Below, piece after piece: positions 57,152 through 64,000 of a stretch of 64,000 nt of DNA; positions within the stretch are counted from its first letter, which is position 1; each line of letters begins with the position of its first letter. The DNA lies in contig OW569373.1 of NCBI GenBank assembly GCA_937625935.1, positions 248,001 through 312,000 on the forward strand, given 5' to 3'. The notes under the pieces were generated by a model. That model worked only from the letters and a program-made list of their open reading frames with translations, searched no databases and was not told the origin of the DNA. This DNA comes from Tetramitus jugosus. Taxonomy: Eukaryota > Protista > Heterolobosea. A program made the position numbers and the translations under genes.

Positions 57152-59098
57152 ATGTTTGAACCAACACCAACTGTCACACTGGATGCTGAAGGTTTATTCG
57201 ATGATGCGCTAATGATGACTGACGACGTTGAACAAGTGAAATCTCTGATGCACTTGGTGCCTGCCGTAGCTCAATCACCCTTTTCTACACTTGTGCTAAC
57301 GAGTGAGCACTTGAAGGGCAGCGAGTTGGTACTAGGTCGTCACTTGGATCACTTTAAAGATGCAAGACTCTCCACCAAGCACTGTTTGCTATATCATGTG
57401 CCTGAAGAGCAAACAGAAGTGAATGATTTGGGTGGTGTGTATGTGGTGGATGTGAGCACCAATGGTACATTTATCAATGGAAAGAGATTGGTCAAGAATG
57501 AACCGACAAAGCTATTGATGGGCGCTCAGTTGAGCTTAGTTGTTCCCACGAGCAAGCATTCATTAGGTAAGTGTGATGATCAAAAGTTCTTTTTCACTTC
57601 TCGCACGTGTGTGTAGAGGTAAGATTTTTTTGGGTTAACATTTCGCTCATTCATTTGTGTTGTTTTGTTAGCTTCTGAATTACCAGTGTTCGATGTGAGA
57701 GAAGTACCTGTTGTAGAATCATCTCCGAGCACATCAACGAATAACGAAACTCAGGTTAATCTCAATACAACTTCGTCCATGATTGATGATGTTGATCATA
57801 CTGAGAGTCATGAGAACAATAAGAGAAAGAGAGAAGCTTCTCCTACTGGAATGACCTCTGATGAAACTGATCCAAGTAGTAGTAGTAGTGGAGAGCCTAT
57901 GGAAACCACAGTTATTGAATCACCTGCAAAGATTGCAAGAACTGAAGAAACTGCTTCTGTTGCTGCTTCTTCATCGTCAGACAATCAAGCAGTAGTAGAA
58001 ACGAAGAAACCAAAGTATGATGAAGCTACTGCGCGCATTTTGGCCATGTTTGGTGATGTAGAAGAATCGCAAGAAGACAGTCAGAGCGAGTTGCGAAAGG
58101 AGTTGACTTGTGGTATATGTAGTGAGCTTTTTTACAAACCTGTGAGTTTGTTGCCCTGTTTACACAATTTCTGTGGCTCTTGCTTCTCTCAATGGATGGA
58201 CCAGAATCATACTTGTCCACAATGTAGAGTATCAGTCACACAAGTGAAAAAGAATCACGCAATCGCCAATTTGACCGAGAGTTTGCTTCGGATGAAGCCA
58301 CACTTGCGAAGAAGTGCCGAAGAGCAAGCCGAATTAGACAAAATCAATAAGATAACAACTGATACGTTTGTCTTGTCAGAAAACAACTCTGATAACGAAG
58401 TAGAGGACGATGAAGACGATGAGGACGAAGAAGAGGAAGAAGAAGAAGAAGACTATCCCTCATCATTGGAAGACGATGATCCAGTTGTGAACCGATACGC
58501 ATGTAGAGAATGTACTACTGCAGGATTAGATGGACATCAATGTACCCCAGTACAGGTTCATGTTTCTTGTACGGCCTGTCGTCGAATAATGCCTTGCAGA
58601 ACTAACCTACCAGAAGACAGAACACAGCAATGCAGCTTGTGTTTGAATTACTTCTGCTTACTGTATTATGGAAGCTGTGATCAGCCATCGTTGGGCATGC
58701 TGAAACGATTTGATGAATTTGAGGATATTACTACAATCCCTTTGGGTTGCCTGAACAACAATCCGTTTGAGCGACAAATATTGGTCAACTACATGACCGG
58801 CAAACAATGGACTCCTCAAGACATCTTTGATCAATGCTGTGAAAAGTTGAGAACCGGAGAGATCTCTTTCACGTCACCCAACAAAACTGCATCGACTATG
58901 TGCTGTAGAAATTGTGCTCAGATCATGTTTTCTGAGTTGTTGTACGCGTACAGGGCCTCAATTCCAAACAATGAACTCCCTGACTCTGTGACTTCTCGAT
59001 CCAACTGCTGGTATGGAAAAGAGTGCAGAACACAACAACACAACCCAGATCACGCCCGTTGTCTCAATCACATCTGTGACAATGCCCGAAGACGCTAA
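57152..59098 (+). CDS. CHFR: E3 ubiquitin ligase CHFR (FHA-RING-Cys-rich-PBZ; intron 57567-57671)
   Basis: FHA 'LGR..LSTKHC..DVSTNGTFING'; RING 'CGICSELFYKPVSLLPCLHNFCGSC..CPQC'; C-terminal PBZ 'CWYGKECRTQQHNPDHARCLNHIC'. Confidence 0.92.
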
Positions 59099-59326
59099 AC
59101 ATCTCGTTGTATTCACCCACAAGCCGGGGTAATAATTGTTTTCACACAAAGTCTCTCGCTTTTCTTCTGTGTGATGATCAGCAAACAAGCCGCGTCACCA
59201 TTCAACTGAAAAAAAGCTTTTCCAACAAGCGGACATCTCAATATTTCCCTCCACGGGAAAAAACACCGATCATAAAATCTCACCACCACTAAATACCAAA
59301 CAACAACAACCCAAATCCTGAACAAG

Positions 59327-60772
59327 ATGCATCGAGTTTTGAAGCAAATCTCTAGCAATAACAATGTTTCTGCTGTTCGTCGTCATTTCTCTTCTCAAAC
59401 CTCCACTCTGTTGGACACTCACAAGATCTTGATGCCTGCATTGTCACCTACCATGAGTCACGGAACGATACAAAAGTGGATGAAGAAGGAAGGTGATTTT
59501 TTGGAGCCAGGAAATGTGTTGTGTACGATTGAGACTGACAAGGCAACCATTGAGATGGAAATTGTGGAGGAAGGTTACTTGGCAAAGATTGTGGTGCCTG
59601 ATCAATCATCCAATGTTCCATTGGGTCAATTGATTGCAATCATGACTGATTCCAAAGACGAAAAACCAGATTTGTCTCTGCTACAGTCGGCTGCCACTCC
59701 CGCCAAAACTGATAATACTCCTACTCCGCCAAAAACTCCTACCACCCCTACTCCAGCGACTACAGCTGCTCCAACACAAACTGCTGGTGGAAAATACACA
59801 ATTCCTATGCCTCCATCCGTTCAAGTTCTCTTTGCTAGAAATCCATGGATGAACCTACATGAGATCAAAGCTACAGGAAAGAATGGAAGACTACTCAAGG
59901 GTGATGTGCTCGCTTATTTGAAGACACATTCAGGACCAACTTCAACTGCAGCAGCTACTACTGCTACGACAACTTCTGCCAAGGCTACCACCACAGGTGC
60001 TGCTCCACAAAAGGCTCCTGCTGCAAGTGCTGTCACTACTCGTGCTCCAAAACAACAATACGAAGATGTAGAAACTACTCAAATGAGAAAGATTATTGCT
60101 AGTAGATTATTGGAATCAAAGACAACTATTCCTCACTTGTACATCAGTGTTGAAGCACAGATTGATGGTCTCTTGAAGGTAAAGTCTGCTCTGTTCAAGC
60201 AAAGAGGACTCAAGGTTTCTGTCAATGACTTTGTCATTTATGCTGCTGCAAAGGCATTGGAACAATATCCACAGTGTAATGCTGTTCTGAACAAGAAGAC
60301 TGGAGCACATCAAATCTCTCCATCGATTGATATTTCATTTGCTGTTGCGACCGATAAGGGTCTCTTGACACCAATTATTAAGAATGCAAACACATTGAGC
60401 ATTGAACAAGTGTCCAAGGCGGTCAAAGATTTGAGTGAGAGAGCAAGAGCATCAAAGCTGAAGCCTGAAGAGTTCCAAGGTGGCAGTTTCTGTATTTCCA
60501 ACTTGGGAATGTTTGGCATTACACACTTTAGTGCTGTGATTAATCCACCACAAGCAATTATTGTTGCCGTGGGTGGATCTGACCAGAAACCAATATCTGG
60601 AAAGATTGATCTGGACAGTGATGTGTTGGACAATGTTTCCGTGGACAGCATCGAATTCGGAACTTTCATGTCCCTAACTGCATCTGTTGATAGAACTGCA
60701 GTTGATGATGGTGTTGCAGGCCAATTCATGGAAGCCTTCAAGCGTAATTTGGAACAAATCATGCTCTATTAG
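59327..60772 (+). CDS. Mitochondrial PDH complex E2-like subunit, probably E3-binding protein (PDHX-like)
   Basis: Presequence, lipoyl domain 'MPALSPTM..IETDKATI', PSBD 'ATGKNGRLLKGDVL', acyltransferase-like domain; the DHRxxDG motif is replaced by 'DRTAVDDG'. Confidence 0.85.
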   Translation: MHRVLKQISSNNNVSAVRRHFSSQTSTLLDTHKILMPALSPTMSHGTIQKWMKKEGDFLEPGNVLCTIETDKATIEMEIVEEGYLAKIVVPDQSSNVPLGQLIAIMTDSKDEKPDLSLLQSAATPAKTDNTPTPPKTPTTPTPATTAAPTQTAGGKYTIPMPPSVQVLFARNPWMNLHEIKATGKNGRLLKGDVLAYLKTHSGPTSTAAATTATTTSAKATTTGAAPQKAPAASAVTTRAPKQQYEDVETTQMRKIIASRLLESKTTIPHLYISVEAQIDGLLKVKSALFKQRGLKVSVNDFVIYAAAKALEQYPQCNAVLNKKTGAHQISPSIDISFAVATDKGLLTPIIKNANTLSIEQVSKAVKDLSERARASKLKPEEFQGGSFCISNLGMFGITHFSAVINPPQAIIVAVGGSDQKPISGKIDLDSDVLDNVSVDSIEFGTFMSLTASVDRTAVDDGVAGQFMEAFKRNLEQIMLY

Positions 60773-60838
60773 ACAATCGAGAAGCATTTATAAACGAGAG
60801 AACAATTTATTTTATCACATTTAGAGCTTGCTTAGATT

Positions 60839-62350
60839 TCATTCGGCCCTTACGACTTCATTGTCCAAAACTCTATTGTCTTCAACAACAATGCTCTTGC
60901 CCTTTGCAGCTTCAATCTTCACATCTCCCTTGACTGTGACATTGCGACCGAATCTTACATCTCCATTGACAATCAAAGAATTGCAGTCAATCAAGCTTGG
61001 AATACTTGGGAATCGAGCATTAAAGTCGCCTACCTTCTTAAACTCATCACTCAATTCAATCATTGGAGCTGACTTGATCGCTCTCTTCTTGTTGATAACG
61101 AGTGTGTTGTCACCAGTTTCAGACAAGTCATATACATCAGATTGGATCAACAAGAGATCACTACAGGTCTTCACAGGGAGGAATCTAGAACGAGGAACCT
61201 CAATACCAAGTGCCTTCTTGAACACTTGAATGGCAGCACCAGCAGCAGTTTCCATCTGTATGACAGGAATTCCGTCCTTTTCCTTTCTATTGTTAATAAT
61301 TTCAATATTGTCAATGAGTGCGTCCAATTTCTCCTCAATGGCCTTCAATCGAATCCACAAGTTATTCGTATTGAAAATCTTAAACTTTTCAATACTCTTA
61401 AACTCGTTCACATATCTGTCTGGTACTTGAGCAATCTCCAACAGCTTGACAACTTCACTGTCATCGTTTAATCTGTAACGAATCAATGTTCCACCCTTGA
61501 CGTCAGCCAACGTCTTTCTAGTGACTTCCATACAGAAATCAGTTTGATTCTCAATCAAGTATGCTACAATGTTCAAATCAACAACTGCTCCCAAATTGTC
61601 CACATTGCTCATGAACATGTACTCTCTTCCCTCCTGAATCAACTGCTCATACAGACCAGAACGATAGAATGAGTCATAAATGTCTCCGTGACCAGGTGGA
61701 TACCAATCACCCAGATCCGTCTTTTGAGGATCTGCCGTCTTTGGAATCGGAGTAAATTCATGGGCATGAATTCTGGGGAATTGTTTCTGATTGAATGTCA
61801 ACACACGAACGTTGCGACCTACTGTATAATTGGGCAAAATTTTGGCCGTATCAGCATCCGTGTTGAACGAATTCATCAACACAAGTGGAATATTGACTTG
61901 ATACTTGTTGTTCAGAGCTTCAATTTGCTTAATGGTCAAATCGAGGAACGTGTCATCACCACGCACAGGTATCACTGATTTAGGACCAGTGCAACCCATG
62001 GTCGTTCCCAATCCACCATTCAATTTCAACACGACGAGCTTACTGAGCAATTGCTTGACATAGGCATCGTCTTGTGCAATCTTGGCAGCGTACTTGCTGT
62101 GCACTTGACTCTCATAGTTGAGAACAGTCTGTTCAGTTGGAGATTCAACACGTTCCCACTGGATAGAGTGAGCTTCTGGGTTGTTGAGTGCTTGGAGGAA
62201 CCGTTTGTGCATTCGCTCAAAATTGATCATGGTTTGCTCAAATTCCTGTCTGAGCTTTTGATCATGGTGCTGAGCAATGGTGCTTGTCAGTTGTTGGACA
62301 TGTTGGGAGACGGTGCTACCTACATGATGAACATCAATTTGTTGTGTCAT
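60839..62350 (-). CDS. UGP2: UTP--glucose-1-phosphate uridylyltransferase
   Basis: 'KLNGGLGTTMGCTGPKS', 'WYPPGHGD', 'SNVDNLGA', 'ADVKGGTL', 'VPRSRFLPVK'. Confidence 0.96.
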   Translation of the reverse strand: MTQQIDVHHVGSTVSQHVQQLTSTIAQHHDQKLRQEFEQTMINFERMHKRFLQALNNPEAHSIQWERVESPTEQTVLNYESQVHSKYAAKIAQDDAYVKQLLSKLVVLKLNGGLGTTMGCTGPKSVIPVRGDDTFLDLTIKQIEALNNKYQVNIPLVLMNSFNTDADTAKILPNYTVGRNVRVLTFNQKQFPRIHAHEFTPIPKTADPQKTDLGDWYPPGHGDIYDSFYRSGLYEQLIQEGREYMFMSNVDNLGAVVDLNIVAYLIENQTDFCMEVTRKTLADVKGGTLIRYRLNDDSEVVKLLEIAQVPDRYVNEFKSIEKFKIFNTNNLWIRLKAIEEKLDALIDNIEIINNRKEKDGIPVIQMETAAGAAIQVFKKALGIEVPRSRFLPVKTCSDLLLIQSDVYDLSETGDNTLVINKKRAIKSAPMIELSDEFKKVGDFNARFPSIPSLIDCNSLIVNGDVRFGRNVTVKGDVKIEAAKGKSIVVEDNRVLDNEVVRAE

Positions 62351-62617
62351 GGTTTTCTTTGTTGGAAATGGTCGTTTCTATGGTACACTACGAATATATT
62401 TGATTTTTGCTGTTATTGTGATCTTGGGGTCAAAAAATCACAACAATTCTTTTTCAATGAATTTTCTCTTTCAGGTGGTGTTTTTTTTAGCGTTGGGGAT
62501 GTGACGTGTGTCGCTAAAAATATGGTGTGTTATGTCTTGTTTTGTCAGAGACAAGGTCGATTTACGACAGATGAATTCTTGAGTGGAACGGGTTGGTGCG
62601 CAGGAGGTGGATAGATA

Positions 62618-64000
62618 TCACTTGGATGGTCTTGATGAGTACTTGAGAGATGATTTGGTTTGAATAGAGCTATGATTCTTTGACTTGTTGGCAGAAGGAA
62701 TCAGCAATTGTTGTGCTACTGAATTTCGAATCATTCTTTGCCGTCTTTCTTCTCGTTCCACTTGCTCCTGTTGTTTCACCTGTAGTACTCTGAAAGCTTG
62801 GGTACTCTCAAAACTATGAGTATGCTTGAAACTTTGAGAAGCTGTTGTGTTGGTGACTAAGTTGGCTGTGTTGTAGAATGTGATACTCTTAAATGGTAAG
62901 TGTCGTTTGTGTTCTTTTCTCAATAATGTCACATAGTCTCCTGATAGGTAAGAATTGGAGAATACTCCTACCTCTTCTGTATTTTGATCCTGAATACGCT
63001 TTCTTTCTTTCACTTGTTTGAACGTTTTGGACTCCAAACAACCAAGCTGACATCCAGTCCAAATATCAATTAAATCAACAAAGTTTTTGGTGACTACGAG
63101 CATTGTTGGAATTTGATCGCTGATAGAGATGGTCTCAATGCTTTGCTCGTTGTGGTAGTACTTTACCTGTTTCAATAAGGTGTGATCTTTCGCATTGTGA
63201 ATAAATATTATGTTATCCTTTGCTATCGATATGACTAACTCGTTTTTGTAGAACCTAATATGTGTTATACAAGAATTGTGTTTCGTCAGATGTCCTTTTA
63301 CTGCACCAATACTTGTATCCCACAATACTAAGCTCCCATTATCATATCCGGTACACAACATTCGATGCACACTATCAAGACCAACTTCAACAACTCGATT
63401 CAGTTGATGAATTAATTTTTCATCCCTCTCAGCGGCTAGAGTACCAATTAAGAACATTTTGGAATCATGCCACCACACAATAATATCCTTAAGTATATTT
63501 TGCTGGATCGCTTGCTCGTTGTAGATATCTCCACTCCAACTCAAACTATTCATTGTTTGTGCTTCACTTCTTAGAATGAAAGAACATCTATATATTACGT
63601 TTGCTCTTCTACTGACGTTATTCGTATGTGAGCGATCCAAATTGCCCTCAAATCCCATGGAAAATGACGGTGTGATCTTCATACTCCATGCTAGACTCCC
63701 AGTTAATTGAATATTAGAATCAATATTAATACATTGAACACTTCCATCAGAATATGCGATTGAAAGATACTTTGCATTTGTTGAGATAAATAGGTCGCTA
63801 ATAGCCTTCTCTGTTTCTCCACGACAAGCATTGTAAATAATTTTCTCTGCACAATCAACAATGTGAATCCAATAAGCGCGATCTCCCTTCAATGAAGTTG
63901 CCACAACGAAAGCTTTTTCTCCAACGAGGGTAATATTTGCGCTAGTACTGATGCAAAACTTACTGTTCGATGATTCTTCTAGATCTGTTACCAATCGGGC
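62618..64000 (-). CDS. WD40-repeat protein (5' end outside the window)
   Basis: 'TGYDNGSLVLWD..LTKHNSCITHIRF..ISIAKDNIIFIHN' WD40-like repeats; frame open to the window edge. Confidence 0.65.
   Translation of the reverse strand, partial: ARLVTDLEESSNSKFCISTSANITLVGEKAFVVATSLKGDRAYWIHIVDCAEKIIYNACRGETEKAISDLFISTNAKYLSIAYSDGSVQCINIDSNIQLTGSLAWSMKITPSFSMGFEGNLDRSHTNNVSRRANVIYRCSFILRSEAQTMNSLSWSGDIYNEQAIQQNILKDIIVWWHDSKMFLIGTLAAERDEKLIHQLNRVVEVGLDSVHRMLCTGYDNGSLVLWDTSIGAVKGHLTKHNSCITHIRFYKNELVISIAKDNIIFIHNAKDHTLLKQVKYYHNEQSIETISISDQIPTMLVVTKNFVDLIDIWTGCQLGCLESKTFKQVKERKRIQDQNTEEVGVFSNSYLSGDYVTLLRKEHKRHLPFKSITFYNTANLVTNTTASQSFKHTHSFESTQAFRVLQVKQQEQVEREERRQRMIRNSVAQQLLIPSANKSKNHSSIQTKSSLKYSSRPSK

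Noticed and set aside
1-64000. Prokaryotic origin, operons or defence systems
   Set aside because: Spliceosomal introns and eukaryote-specific genes occur throughout; the bacterial-like genes are embedded among them and one carries an intron.

Overview
Gene-dense eukaryotic (protist) chromosomal DNA. It has short GT-AG introns (about 57-176 bp, often with a CTAAC-like branch site), tiny intergenic gaps and (AAC)n/(ATC)n low-complexity coding tracts. An axonemal dynein, multidomain RGS receptors, an RWP-RK factor and TerD/C2 proteins suggest a heterolobosean-like amoeboflagellate (inference only). About 27 protein genes are recognisable, including VTA1, HAUS5, GT43, GT14-like, GH42, TMEM69, ALDH, CSTF1, TrmH, DNAH1-like dynein, GOT1, QPRT, CHFR, a PDH E2/E3BP-like protein and UGPase, plus one tRNA-Ala(UGC). 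Most notable: (1) two tandem, decayed, mutually homologous 3' fragments of a non-LTR retrotransposon stacked head-to-head immediately upstream of the tRNA gene, suggesting a tRNA-targeting retroelement; (2) an intact piggyBac-family transposase with extra Cys-rich and Tudor-like modules and no clear TIRs; (3) two unusual receptor-RGS fusions (CHASE4-HAMP-PAS-RGS and REJ-GPS-7TM-RGS). All family assignments come from motif recognition by eye; no searches were run.
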